Origin: a virus
Taxonomy: Duplodnaviria > Heunggongvirae > Uroviricota > Caudoviricetes
IMG/VR virus record: IMGVR_UViG_3300009709_000001
Location: 317,336 to 381,335 of that record
Direction: 5' to 3' (one strand)
DNA length: 64,000 nucleotides
Below, piece after piece: positions 8,550-17,800 of this stretch. The position numbers and the translations under genes were made by a program. The notes under the pieces are model-generated. The model had not been told where the DNA came from and did no database searches. It saw nothing but the letters and a program-made list of their open reading frames with translations. Positions within the stretch are counted from its first letter, which is position 1, and each line of letters begins with the position of its first letter.

Positions 8550-9346
8550 TTTTCTTGTTCTCTAACCAATTGTTCCATGTCGAGAATACGAGTTCGTGTA
8601 TTGCGACTACCTAATAAGATTAGGATACGCTTACCGACAGAGGAATTCATTATCATTACTAGGCATCCACCTGCTGCATTGGTAAAACCAGTCTTTGATA
8701 GGATGATGCTAAATTTCGAAGTAAGTGGATTGGTGTTATGAACACTAATCAACCTGCCTTGCGCCCTAATTTGTGCTGCCGGTAAACTTGACAATTCAGT
8801 AATAACCGAATTATTAGCAGCAACCAACAGCATCTTCAACAGATCCCGAGCAGTGCTTACGTTACCGTAATCAAGGCCTGTGGGTTCATAAAATTTCGTA
8901 TCGTGCATCTCCAACGTTGATGCACGTTCGTTCATCTTCTCTACACAGTTCTCGAGATTCAGGCAAAGAATTTGTGCAGCGAAATTATCAGATCTAACAA
9001 GAGCAAGTGTGAGTAATTCCTTTCGGGTGAGCTGTGTCACCTTACGCGGAATTGTCGAACTTACTTCCCTTGTCTTCAGAATGTTAAGCTCTTCATTTAG
9101 ATCCTGCTCGCTTGCAAGAATACCAATCATTAACTTACTGATTGATGCAATGGATCTAACCTCATTGCCATCCTTCTCGGTAAGGATATTACCGGAGTCA
9201 TCAGCAACAAGGTAGCTCTTCGCACTAAATGTAGGAATAGGTATAGGCTTGGGTTTCTTAGCCGCGTAAGCATTGCCAGTGGCAAGGGCCAGTGTGCAGG
9301 CGATTGTTACCAAGGCTCTCATGTTTATAGCATAACACGAGCGCAT
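8546..9346 (-). CDS. secreted D-alanyl-D-alanine carboxypeptidase / PBP-like serine peptidase (S11/class-A beta-lactamase fold)
   Basis: N-terminal signal peptide (ALVTIACTLALATGNAYA). Three active-site motifs are present in the canonical order: SxxK 'SISK', SxN 'SDN' and KTG 'KTG'. Confidence 0.7.
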   Translation of the reverse strand: MRSCYAINMRALVTIACTLALATGNAYAAKKPKPIPIPTFSAKSYLVADDSGNILTEKDGNEVRSIASISKLMIGILASEQDLNEELNILKTREVSSTIPRKVTQLTRKELLTLALVRSDNFAAQILCLNLENCVEKMNERASTLEMHDTKFYEPTGLDYGNVSTARDLLKMLLVAANNSVITELSSLPAAQIRAQGRLISVHNTNPLTSKFSIILSKTGFTNAAGGCLVMIMNSSVGKRILILLGSRNTRTRILDMEQLVREQEK

Positions 9347-9357
9347 AGGTTTGTCAA

Positions 9358-9741
9358 TTAACCCGTAATAAGTCCACTATCTGGTGAGTTCCATAAAGGC
9401 CCAACAGAAACAGGCCCGTATGTCTTCACAGGTGCAGTCATCGTTGTTCCATCATCTAATCTAAAACTTAGGTGACCTGCACGGTTACAGATATCTAGAA
9501 AGTTATCAGTCACCTCAACCATAAATGTTCCTTCTTCCGGAGACAATAAAATGAGTTGACGCATCTTGAACTGTACCGAAGCTGGATTCTTTGGATACCA
9601 GTTAATGGATATAATCCTATCCAGGTCTGTTCCTAATAACCTGAAGTAACTTGGAATGCCGCTTGTGATAACAATGCCGACAAGGCCTGAGCCTTCATAC
9701 GGACTGGAGGGTAATGCCTGGATGCGAGAAATGACTGTCAT
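9358..9741 (-). CDS. hypothetical protein (127 aa)
   Basis: Minus-strand ORF. Confidence 0.45.
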   Translation of the reverse strand: MTVISRIQALPSSPYEGSGLVGIVITSGIPSYFRLLGTDLDRIISINWYPKNPASVQFKMRQLILLSPEEGTFMVEVTDNFLDICNRAGHLSFRLDDGTTMTAPVKTYGPVSVGPLWNSPDSGLITG

Positions 9742-10076
9742 CTATTATTTATCTGCAAATTATTGTTCCAGTCATAAGAGCCCGATCGAGAAATACCTTT
9801 TCGAAGCTCGAGTGTTCTTTCTTTACTAAGGAAAACTATTCTATCGGATTTTAACCTATTAAATTCCTCGTCAGTTATTAGAGGAACATTATGGCCCCAG
9901 CGAAGCTTTACATATAGGTCGAATCCCTCAGCAGATTCAATAATCCATCCATTGGACCAATCATCAAGTTTTAGATGGCCACGGCCTGTTAACTCTGCAC
10001 TAACACAGACGAGCATACCCGAATAGTCTTCTTCGAGAAGACTAATCTGAGAACTCTTTAGGTAATAGTAGCTCAT
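9738..10076 (-). CDS. hypothetical protein (112 aa)
   Basis: Minus-strand ORF, ATGA overlap. Confidence 0.45.
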   Translation of the reverse strand: MSYYYLKSSQISLLEEDYSGMLVCVSAELTGRGHLKLDDWSNGWIIESAEGFDLYVKLRWGHNVPLITDEEFNRLKSDRIVFLSKERTLELRKGISRSGSYDWNNNLQINNR

Positions 10077-10477
10077 TTCTTTGTTCTATACTTGTCTTTA
10101 AGCTCGTCGGGAATATAAGAGATTCGCATTCGTTCAGCAAGCCAACTGTTTTGCAACCTAATCATAGTTGCTGTTTCGGAATTAATCTTGCCCCATGTAT
10201 GCCAATAGGTCGTACCATAAGAATCGTCCTGATCTTGTTCTTCGGATATATCAGTACGTTCTAACTGAAATTCATCTTGTAACATTCTAACTTCATGTGC
10301 CATTTCTAGCGCTTCAGCAGCCGTACACATGAATTCGACAAGTACAAATTCTTTCATTCTATTTCTACATATTTGATCTGTATCAATCGTCGGTTGACTA
10401 TCGAACAAGTCGGTGAATAAACTCGACCACGTACTTCGAAATTTTCTATCCTTAGAATTTCGATTGCCCGTGTGCAA
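10073..10477 (-). CDS. hypothetical protein (134 aa; start may be internal)
   Basis: Minus-strand ORF; overlaps 10354..10689 in another frame, so the true start is probably a downstream Met. Confidence 0.4.
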   Translation of the reverse strand: MHTGNRNSKDRKFRSTWSSLFTDLFDSQPTIDTDQICRNRMKEFVLVEFMCTAAEALEMAHEVRMLQDEFQLERTDISEEQDQDDSYGTTYWHTWGKINSETATMIRLQNSWLAERMRISYIPDELKDKYRTKK

Positions 10478-10689
10478 GAAATTGACTTGTTCAAGGTTAC
10501 ATTAAGGATTATATCTCGATTATCGTACGATAAATCGAGGCTCTCGATACTCTCCCCAGAGTTCTTGAGCAAGGTTGGTTTCAACAGTGTCTTTTCGGGA
10601 TCGTCATTAATTAACCAGTTCAGGGTAACAACGGTTAACATTAATGACAGGACAACGGTTACCACCCCGTTGCCCAAGAACTTAGTCAT
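10354..10689 (-). CDS. hypothetical membrane protein (111 aa)
   Basis: N-terminal TM-like segment (VVTVVLSLMLTVVTLNWL); overlaps the neighbouring ORF. Confidence 0.35.
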   Translation of the reverse strand: MTKFLGNGVVTVVLSLMLTVVTLNWLINDDPEKTLLKPTLLKNSGESIESLDLSYDNRDIILNVTLNKSISCTRAIEILRIENFEVRGRVYSPTCSIVNRRLIQIKYVEIE

Positions 10690-10706
10690 ATTTCTCTCCG
10701 GAAATT

Positions 10707-11282
10707 TTATAGGTTGCAGCTCTTATAGAAATCTTGTAGGTTGGTGTTGAAATCCCGGAGATCGAAAACTGTACGGCGGCGAACGTTGTCAGTGCCTGTC
10801 CATTCAAAGCTAATGGTGCGACCAGTTTTCATGGCTTGCATCATCTGCTTTGTAGATAGGAGCGATTTCATCAGCAGGGGACCATTCTGCTCCCAGGGAC
10901 CATGATCAACGATACGACCGTCAACCTTAACCTCTGGCATTTGCGGAATGTTGCCGATAAGTGTGTTCCAATACAGCGCGATTATCGGCTCTGCTGAGTT
11001 GCCCGGTTTTGTAGAGCAAATCATCCTAAGCCCGGTAACGAACTTTTCATTCTTACCGATTTGTGTGCCGGCTGCACTGACGTGATAAATGAATCCCACA
11101 GTTGCCCTGTCCATATCCTTCACTTCGGTAAGAGTCCAGCCCGTTTGTGCTGACGCTGCAAGCGAAGTAATGGAAAGTAGGAGAGCTGCAAAGACTTTTC
11201 TCACGATAGAACCTCTGAAATTTGTAATATTGTAACTTATAATTACCTGTAAAGTCAACAGCATAAGAATAAATAACAACAT
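10707..11282 (-). CDS. secreted protein (up to 191 aa)
   Basis: Signal-peptide-like segment 'KVFAALLLSITSLAASAQT'; the true start is probably an internal codon. Confidence 0.5.
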   Translation of the reverse strand: MLLFILMLLTLQVIISYNITNFRGSIVRKVFAALLLSITSLAASAQTGWTLTEVKDMDRATVGFIYHVSAAGTQIGKNEKFVTGLRMICSTKPGNSAEPIIALYWNTLIGNIPQMPEVKVDGRIVDHGPWEQNGPLLMKSLLSTKQMMQAMKTGRTISFEWTGTDNVRRRTVFDLRDFNTNLQDFYKSCNL

Positions 11283-11296
11283 ACTTATCGAGAATC

Positions 11297-12355
11297 ATGT
11301 CACAACACGTCTATATCCTTCATAATGAATCTAATGACTATGTCGTTAAAGAAATCTGCAGACGGACAATTGTAAATTCTAGGTATTTTTGCGAAAATCT
11401 AGAACTTACTGAGGATGATTTAATCTATCTGGCCGAACATAGCCCTTCAGATTATTTCTATGTTATTTCGACTAACTATGATCTCGATATTACGTTAAAT
11501 GCATTCGATTACAAGCCACCTGCCTGGGACGGACATTACCTGCATATTTGGCCTGGCGACAATATTCGACTATACAGCAAATACTCGGTACTAGAAAGTC
11601 CCGATAGATATACCGATAAACGATTGTTCGAGGGTAAAGCCGAATTAAAGAGGATGGATAATGTTGTGGCAAAGCATCCAACATTCGATATCATCTTCCT
11701 TAGCTACGACGAGTCATTCGCCGATCAGCATTTTCATGAACTCTCTAGCCGCTATCGTCGTGCCAAGAGAGTTCATGGTGTGAAAGGAATATACGAAGCG
11801 CATAAAGAGGCGGCACGCATTGCCGAAACAGATATGTTCTATGTTGTCGATGCAGATGCCAGAATTTTAGATAGCTTCGATTTTGATTGTTATCATCTGC
11901 ATAGTTTAGATAGGCAATCTGTTCATGTCTGGACATCAAGCAATCCAGTAAATCATCTAAAATACGGATATGGTGGTGTAAAACTATTTCCGACTAAAGC
12001 ACTCAGAAACTACACCGGGTCGCCGATTGATTTTACCACAAGTGTTTCGAATGGATTTAAAGTCATGGATGAAGTCAGTAACCTTACATATTTCAATACC
12101 GACCCATTCTCAACTTGGCGAAGTGCATTTAGAGAATGTACCAAACTTGCCGCTGGATTAATTCGTAATCAAGATCATACCGAAACAGAACACAGACTTA
12201 ATATCTGGTGTACTGTTGGCGATGGGGAGTATGGAGAGTTTGCGCTAATGGGCGCAAATGAGGGAAGGGATTTTGGAACGAAAAACGCTAATCATCCCGA
12301 TATGCTCAGGATGATTAACGACTATACTTGGCTGGAAGATCGATTTAGTTCTTAA
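11297..12355 (+). CDS. hypothetical protein (352 aa), possible nucleotide-sugar transferase
   Basis: One of the few plus-strand genes. It has a DxD-like 'FYVVDADARIL' segment, but no family could be assigned from sequence alone. An A/T-rich 'GAATAAATAAC' lies about 20 nt upstream. Confidence 0.55.
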   Translation: MSQHVYILHNESNDYVVKEICRRTIVNSRYFCENLELTEDDLIYLAEHSPSDYFYVISTNYDLDITLNAFDYKPPAWDGHYLHIWPGDNIRLYSKYSVLESPDRYTDKRLFEGKAELKRMDNVVAKHPTFDIIFLSYDESFADQHFHELSSRYRRAKRVHGVKGIYEAHKEAARIAETDMFYVVDADARILDSFDFDCYHLHSLDRQSVHVWTSSNPVNHLKYGYGGVKLFPTKALRNYTGSPIDFTTSVSNGFKVMDEVSNLTYFNTDPFSTWRSAFRECTKLAAGLIRNQDHTETEHRLNIWCTVGDGEYGEFALMGANEGRDFGTKNANHPDMLRMINDYTWLEDRFSS

Positions 12356-12687
12356 CAGTGAAAGCCGAGATATTTCTCAACTAACTCATTAATGTCTCTT
12401 TCGAGTTTTTCGGTATTGATGAATACCTTAATATCTCGCATCTTCTTGAATGTTTCTTCCATCACTTCCCAGTTCGCATCTTTGTTAACTGGAATTGGAT
12501 GGGTCAATTCGCTACCGCTAAGTTCAACAACATTACCATCATAATACTGCACCAAAATGTGTTCGATGTATTTTGCTGGAATTTCTTTAGCATCTACTTC
12601 TTTCACAATCCGGTCAAAGACTGATGGTTTAGCTATTCTGCTAATAGCCTTGTCGAGATTAAAGCTCGTTGTCCTTTTCGATGGCAT
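12352..12687 (-). CDS. hypothetical protein (111 aa)
   Basis: Minus-strand ORF. Confidence 0.45.
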   Translation of the reverse strand: MPSKRTTSFNLDKAISRIAKPSVFDRIVKEVDAKEIPAKYIEHILVQYYDGNVVELSGSELTHPIPVNKDANWEVMEETFKKMRDIKVFINTEKLERDINELVEKYLGFHC

Positions 12688-13223
12688 TAAATAATCTCCT
12701 TATTTTTCTTGGCATTTTTATTGCCAATTTTTGCTAGAGATAATTTCTTTCTATGCTCATCGGACATATTCTTGGTCGCTAACGACAATTTGTCTTTTTG
12801 GGCTTGAGACATAGGGGGCCTGGATTTACCGATTAAACTATTAGAAATATTCTTTTTAGTCTCCTCGGATCTTATAGCACCGAGATGTCTTTGAGAAATT
12901 TTTTCCTTCGATTCTCTAGTATGCTTATATCCGGATGTTCCTTCGACGCCGTTGGTAAAATTCCAAAGTGTTCCTGTTTCTAGATCACGACGACCAAAAA
13001 TTGATATTAAACATTCTTCGAGAAAGAATGAATGTTCTTCGTCCAGTGCATTTATAATTTCGATATTGACGGAAAATCCCGAATCTATAATCTTTTGTTT
13101 TCTAGATTCGACATTTTTATTTTTATCGACTTTAAATCTTCTACCTGTCCCCTTACCGACATAGAATGGCTCATTATTTCTTGTCGGATCTCTAAGAATA
13201 TAGGTAAAGAATTTCTTTGCCAT
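12687..13223 (-). CDS. GIY-YIG homing endonuclease (Seg-like) with NUMOD3-type repeats
   Basis: N-terminus 'FFTYILRDPTRNNEPFYVGKGTGRR' has the GIY-YIG signature. It is followed by K/S-rich 'xxHxxESKxKIS' NUMOD-like DNA-binding repeats. Confidence 0.85.
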   Translation of the reverse strand: MAKKFFTYILRDPTRNNEPFYVGKGTGRRFKVDKNKNVESRKQKIIDSGFSVNIEIINALDEEHSFFLEECLISIFGRRDLETGTLWNFTNGVEGTSGYKHTRESKEKISQRHLGAIRSEETKKNISNSLIGKSRPPMSQAQKDKLSLATKNMSDEHRKKLSLAKIGNKNAKKNKEII

Positions 13224-13244
13224 GGTTATCTCCCGTTTACCATA

Positions 13245-13252
13245 TATTTATA
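13245..13252 (-). promoter_or_regulatory. T4 late-promoter consensus TATAAATA
   Basis: Exact TATAAATA on the minus strand 21 nt upstream of the GIY-YIG ATG (13223). Confidence 0.4.
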
Positions 13253-13287
13253 TGGAAAACATGGTTGAATAACAACCATGTTTTGGG

Positions 13288-14055
13288 TCAGGCTTTCGCT
13301 GCGCGTTCAGCATCTCTCTTGAGCTTGGCCGCAACCTTAGCATCAAGAGTAGCTTCGGCCTTTTGTACCTTAGCTTCGGCAGCTTTACGTTGATCGCGTT
13401 CACGACGCTTTTGCTTCTGCTCTTCAAGCTTCTGCGCCTTGATTTCTTCCGGCAATGCTGGACGACCACGACCCGGAATAAGTTCCGGATCCAAAGCATA
13501 CGCTTCTTCCCTTAGGGCATCGGCTTTGGCTTCAAGAGCCTGTGCTTCGGTAATGATCTTCTTTGCTCTTGCAACCGGATCAGTCATCAAGCGTGCTGCT
13601 TCTTCGGCGGCCGCAGCCTTTTCAGCCGGAGTACGAGTATCTTCCACTTTAGGTGGAAGAGTCTCGCCACGTTGCTGCGCCATGTACTGATCAACCTTCT
13701 TATCGATTGTTGCATTGATAAGGGCTAGAGGTACTGACTGTCCTGGAAGCGGAACCATTGTTACATTAGCTACCGGCTCCTTACGCAGGAATCCACGTTG
13801 GTGAAGCGAAGTAAGGCAGTTCGTGCCATCCGGGAATGTTCTACGATTTAGAACTTCATAGAAGTTATTCGTTTCTGCAGCTTCTTTCGAATTTAGTGTT
13901 TGAATGACAAAGTCATGGTAACTGTCAGGTAATCTTTCTGTCTCAACGATAAGGCAATGCGAATCGTCGGTTGGAAGAGTTCTGAACACTACAGCTACAC
14001 GTACTCCGGTGTTTACAAGCATCCCGGAGTGCTTTTTGAGGCCTTCAATTGCCAT
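13288..14055 (-). CDS. hypothetical protein (255 aa) with Ala/Lys/Glu-rich coiled-coil C-terminus
   Basis: GC-rich ORF; globular N-terminal half then a long charged alanine-rich helix (AKADALREEAYAL...KAAEAKVQKAEATLDAKVAAKLKRDAERAAKA). Confidence 0.55.
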   Translation of the reverse strand: MAIEGLKKHSGMLVNTGVRVAVVFRTLPTDDSHCLIVETERLPDSYHDFVIQTLNSKEAAETNNFYEVLNRRTFPDGTNCLTSLHQRGFLRKEPVANVTMVPLPGQSVPLALINATIDKKVDQYMAQQRGETLPPKVEDTRTPAEKAAAAEEAARLMTDPVARAKKIITEAQALEAKADALREEAYALDPELIPGRGRPALPEEIKAQKLEEQKQKRRERDQRKAAEAKVQKAEATLDAKVAAKLKRDAERAAKA

Positions 14056-14064
14056 ATTACTCCT

Positions 14065-14487
14065 TTATCCAATGACCGATGCCGGCACATTTGGAAATTT
14101 TCTTTTTAGTTCTTCTCTGAGCTTTGGCTTAACATTGTTTTCGAAATTCTCTTGCACCTTGGCAATACTTGGTGGCCTCGGTGAGAATGGCGCCATAACA
14201 ATCGGCTCGGCCCTTACCCTGATTAAATAATCGATGAGCATATTATTCAACCCATTGTGGGTCATGGCCATATTCATAAGTAAGACTTGAGTGTGCTCAT
14301 CTTCATAATCTAGACTTATAGCCATATAGTAATGTTCGACCCTAACATGCTCACTATGCTCATATTCGTCATCCGTAAGGGTTACTCGATATGAACCAAC
14401 ATTAACGGTTAGATTATTTGCTTCGAAAAAGCATTTAATCAATTCGATGTTTTGTGGTGTTGCGATAATAGTGGTATTCTTAATCAT
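14065..14487 (-). CDS. hypothetical protein (140 aa)
   Basis: Minus-strand ORF. Confidence 0.5.
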   Translation of the reverse strand: MIKNTTIIATPQNIELIKCFFEANNLTVNVGSYRVTLTDDEYEHSEHVRVEHYYMAISLDYEDEHTQVLLMNMAMTHNGLNNMLIDYLIRVRAEPIVMAPFSPRPPSIAKVQENFENNVKPKLREELKRKFPNVPASVIG

Positions 14488-14516
14488 GTTACTCCATGGG
14501 GCTGAAGCTCCATCGA

Positions 14517-14822
14517 TTACTCTGCTTCTGCGGTTGCGGTTGCGGTTGCTTCAGCTTCTTTTTCCTTGGCCTGTACGCTCTCGACGTATGCAAGGAAGCC
14601 GGCAAGCTTGTTATAAGCCTCGCCAACTTGTGAAAGCTCGGCAGCTTGGAATGCGCCACGACGCGATGCCAAATCGACAATACGTGCTAGGACCTGGAGG
14701 TCAGAAACAGAGAGTTGAACTGGTTCGAGCGAAGCAGTTGCTGGTGCGTTTTCAGCAGCGGTTACAGTTTCTTGTACTTCAGGGACAGCCTTCTTGGTAT
14801 TCTTAGCCATTGTTTTCTCCAT
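14517..14822 (-). CDS. hypothetical Ala-rich acidic protein (101 aa)
   Basis: GC-rich ORF, low complexity (ATATATAEAE tail). Confidence 0.45.
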   Translation of the reverse strand: MEKTMAKNTKKAVPEVQETVTAAENAPATASLEPVQLSVSDLQVLARIVDLASRRGAFQAAELSQVGEAYNKLAGFLAYVESVQAKEKEAEATATATAEAE

Positions 14823-14902
14823 ATGTGGTTTAATAATCTACCGTTTTTATTTAGCTGAATTTGCTAAAATCACCCATAATATTGATAATTATCTGGACGA
14901 TT

Positions 14903-15472
14903 TTACAAAGAATACAGCAATGCAGTGATTATAGCGGAATCTTTGGCTTTCTGCAAGTCTAACCAATATTTCTTCCAATATAAATCAACTTCTTCGGGAG
15001 TTTTGAATGGCCGTTGTTTATAGGTGGTATTTCTAAGAGCTTCAGCCCTTTTAGCAATATGCTCGGGTGTTTGTTTACGACCGCGATTAGCATTACCTAT
15101 CTTTTTCTTGTGTTGTTCGGATTTTGGCTTGTCTTTGTGAAGTTTTGAGATTTCTTCAGCCACACGATTTCTTAACCATCCGTACATTTTATTCCTTTTT
15201 ACTTTTCCATCTTTGGACATTCTAACCAATGCGAAAATAAGATATGGATGTTCCGGATATATACGAACTAATAACCTATGTGCAAGCCAATGTTCTTCGG
15301 CTGTTAGTTTAACGATATTTTCGGGATCATCTGTGCCACCTATGCATCGTGGAATTATATGATGCTTTTCGCAATATCCGATAATTTCACGTGATTTGGC
15401 ACATTCGATGAGTTTATTGTATGCTTCTTGATATTTCATAACTTGAGATAATACCAGTGGATCTACATCCAA
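14903..15472 (-). CDS. HNH homing endonuclease
   Basis: 'HHIIPRCIGGTDDPENIVKLTAEEHWLAHRLL' HNH motif; paralogous to the 927..1637 product. Confidence 0.85.
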   Translation of the reverse strand: MDVDPLVLSQVMKYQEAYNKLIECAKSREIIGYCEKHHIIPRCIGGTDDPENIVKLTAEEHWLAHRLLVRIYPEHPYLIFALVRMSKDGKVKRNKMYGWLRNRVAEEISKLHKDKPKSEQHKKKIGNANRGRKQTPEHIAKRAEALRNTTYKQRPFKTPEEVDLYWKKYWLDLQKAKDSAIITALLYSL

Positions 15473-15500
15473 GCCGGCAATTTGGTAAATAATCAGTGCT

Positions 15501-15536
15501 CAAAAATAAAAAAGGACTGCGCCAACAGTCCTTTGC
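15501..15536 (-). terminator. rho-independent terminator (minus strand)
   Basis: Minus-strand RNA: AAGGACUG-UUGGCG-CAGUCCUU followed by UUUUUUAUUUUU. Confidence 0.6.
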
Positions 15537-15675
15537 GAGTAACAGAAGTGAACTATCCTAAGGGATATGCAGTAAGGCCTTCGTTTAACATACCAGGCCC
15601 TACCACCTTTTGTACTCAAAGTTATTTATCATAAATGTTTCTAGTATTTATCAACATATAGAATCAACCAAGAGA

Positions 15676-15695
15676 AAGCGCCCCGCGGGGCGCTT
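15676..15695 (-). terminator. palindromic GC hairpin immediately after stop of upstream HNH gene
   Basis: Perfect 20-nt palindrome AAGCGCCCCGCGGGGCGCTT directly after the stop at 15697, followed on the minus strand by UCUCUUGGUU. Confidence 0.45.
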
Positions 15696-15696
15696 G

Positions 15697-16305
15697 TTAG
15701 TCGGAATCCTTATTACTGGGTTCCCGAAGGCGTTGCCTGGGTACATTCACCACATGGATGAGATGCTCGGGCCAATCCACATAGTATGCCCATTCCGGTT
15801 CACGAATTTGAAGTGGCATCGTTTTCTTCTTTGCCAGTATCTCGTAGTAAGTCGGAACATGCGGCATCTTCTTAGGAACAATCTTTGCATTGTCGCCCTT
15901 GGTGCTGTTACAGTCCTTGCAAGCGGTGCAAATATTTTTCCAGTTGGATTTACCACCCATAGACGCAGGGACTACGTGGTCCAGCGTGAGCTCATTCACT
16001 TTGGCTTTTCCGCGGTTTTCCTTGCAATGCTTAGTGATTTGCAGCTGGCACGTGTAGTCGTCACGCAGGTAAATGTTGCCACGTGAATACTTCACCTTCT
16101 TATCCCATGAAACGTGCTTGACCATCATGACAATAGAAGGTACCTTGATCTCAAGCTTTTGAGACTTGATAACCCAGTCGTCGTATTCCTTAACAACCCT
16201 AACCTTACCATTATAGAGCATGTGCAATGCTCGTGCGGCAGGAATCACTGAGAAAGGACTCAGTGACATCGGTTGGCCGTCGGCATTAAGCAGTAATGTA
16301 TCCAT
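15697..16305 (-). CDS. HNH-family endonuclease
   Basis: 'LDHVVPASMGGKSNWKNICTACKDCNSTKGD' is an HNH core (DH..P, N, zinc-binding C..C). Confidence 0.75.
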   Translation of the reverse strand: MDTLLLNADGQPMSLSPFSVIPAARALHMLYNGKVRVVKEYDDWVIKSQKLEIKVPSIVMMVKHVSWDKKVKYSRGNIYLRDDYTCQLQITKHCKENRGKAKVNELTLDHVVPASMGGKSNWKNICTACKDCNSTKGDNAKIVPKKMPHVPTYYEILAKKKTMPLQIREPEWAYYVDWPEHLIHVVNVPRQRLREPSNKDSD

Positions 16306-16380
16306 AAAGCACCATTATAGTTAGGGAGTTTTAATTCTTGTACCAGTATACGGGAACGTATACTGAAAGGTTAATTGGAG

Positions 16381-16614
16381 TTATCCAATTAATTCAAGGT
16401 AGTCTTGAAATTCGGGCGGGAGTCCGCGTAGACGAAGAGCAACAGCATCTTCTTGTTTTTCGAAATCGACAGTCATGGCATTACGTTCGACTTTATAGAC
16501 GACTTGTTGCTCACAAATCTGATCTACCCAATCCTTGAAGAATAATTCAACTAATAATTTCTTATCAGTCTCGATATTCTCTTTAGTCTTGAATAGTATG
16601 GATGTTCGCACCAA
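16381..16614 (-). CDS. hypothetical protein (77 aa)
   Basis: Minus-strand small ORF; 'DFEKQEDAVALRLRGL' acidic motif echo. Confidence 0.4.
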   Translation of the reverse strand: MVRTSILFKTKENIETDKKLLVELFFKDWVDQICEQQVVYKVERNAMTVDFEKQEDAVALRLRGLPPEFQDYLELIG

Positions 16615-16643
16615 TAGTCTCCTATTGATGCTATTTATCCTTA

Positions 16644-16931
16644 TCAGGATGGAGAAATGAGAAGCTTTAGATTTATGGCCGAAATAACAGCCTCGGCTTC
16701 GATGCGATATGCATCTCTTTGCTCTGCATCGTTATCTGTTGTACCATTCCACAAGGAATCGAATACACGATCCTTTGCATCATCTAGTGCATTGGTCGGA
16801 AGCCTTTTTAAGCTTTCACCAATCATTTGACCAAGTGCCTTGGTTACGTCCCTGTCCCATCGAGTGCGTGCAATCTTCTTTGCAACGAAATCGATAAATT
16901 CTTGATCTGTTGGGAGTAGGTATCCTGACAT
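16644..16931 (-). CDS. hypothetical protein (95 aa)
   Basis: Minus-strand ORF. Confidence 0.45.
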   Translation of the reverse strand: MSGYLLPTDQEFIDFVAKKIARTRWDRDVTKALGQMIGESLKRLPTNALDDAKDRVFDSLWNGTTDNDAEQRDAYRIEAEAVISAINLKLLISPS

Positions 16932-17122
16932 TAATTCTTTTCCTTAGGTGTATGTTCGACTAGCCATGTAGTCGTATCGCGATAAATTCCCCTGATCGCG
17001 AATTTGGTAAATCCGTCTTCATCTAATACATGATCCCACCAACATGGTAGAAGTATCGAAAGAAGAATAACTCCGAAAGCGAGTCTAATGACTAGCCCTT
17101 CGGTGTGTGTTCTGTTAGCCAC
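16931..17122 (-). CDS. hypothetical small membrane protein (63 aa)
   Basis: Hydrophobic segment VIRLAFGVILLSILLPCWW. Confidence 0.35.
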   Translation of the reverse strand: MANRTHTEGLVIRLAFGVILLSILLPCWWDHVLDEDGFTKFAIRGIYRDTTTWLVEHTPKEKN

Positions 17123-17346
17123 TTACAGATGTCCTTATTTATTTCAGAGATCCGCAAGGCCATGCTATCTACGAAATAGGAAAACTGCTTTTGATGCACA
17201 GCCGCACGTTGGGAAGATGCGGGGTCGTAATACCACACACCGAACAAAAACATGGACCACACACCGAACAAAAACATGGCAACTAGAAAGTATTTCATAT
17301 CAATAGTCGTAAGATCTGTCGGGATCGAAACCGTACTCAAGAACAA
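17092..17346 (-). CDS. hypothetical small membrane protein (84 aa)
   Basis: Hydrophobic segment FLVAMFLFGVWSMFLFGVWYY. Confidence 0.4.
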   Translation of the reverse strand: MFLSTVSIPTDLTTIDMKYFLVAMFLFGVWSMFLFGVWYYDPASSQRAAVHQKQFSYFVDSMALRISEINKDICKWLTEHTPKG

Positions 17347-17800
17347 TTGCAGTACGTTCCGGAGGAGTTAGGCCCCATTTGCCCTCTGCAAAACTGCGGG
17401 CGTTAAGCAACGAAATATTTGCTTTTAGCGCGTGTAAATCTGCAATTTTACGCGAGTTAAGCGCGCTGTAATAATGCCGCGCTATGTTGAGCTCACGCGC
17501 ATTTGCGTTGACCCAAATCGCGGTTGTTGTGTTGGGATTGGCTTTGACATATTCGTTGAGCAGCTCAACTGCATCGCCGTAATACGGTTCTTCGACTCGG
17601 CAAATCTGTGGAGTGTCACCATTGGGCAACTCAACCCAATAACGTGTACCTGAACCACCTGCGCCCAAAGGAATGTTATATTCCTCCGAACGAATGGTCA
17701 GAATCTTGTTCATTTCCAGCTCTGTGAACTTGGGAGTTATGCTTTCCAGCGCAACATCCTCTCTCACGAACAACGGAGCATTTTCAAGGCGTTGTAACAC
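17300..17800 (-). CDS. hypothetical protein (166 aa)
   Basis: Minus-strand ORF. Confidence 0.5.
   Translation of the reverse strand: MLQRLENAPLFVREDVALESITPKFTELEMNKILTIRSEEYNIPLGAGGSGTRYWVELPNGDTPQICRVEEPYYGDAVELLNEYVKANPNTTTAIWVNANARELNIARHYYSALNSRKIADLHALKANISLLNARSFAEGKWGLTPPERTAIVLEYGFDPDRSYDY

Noticed and set aside
10354-10689. Overlap of two minus-strand ORFs (10073..10477 and 10354..10689) in different frames
   Set aside because: It is unclear which start is real. Both are kept at low confidence rather than asserting a 124-nt gene overlap.
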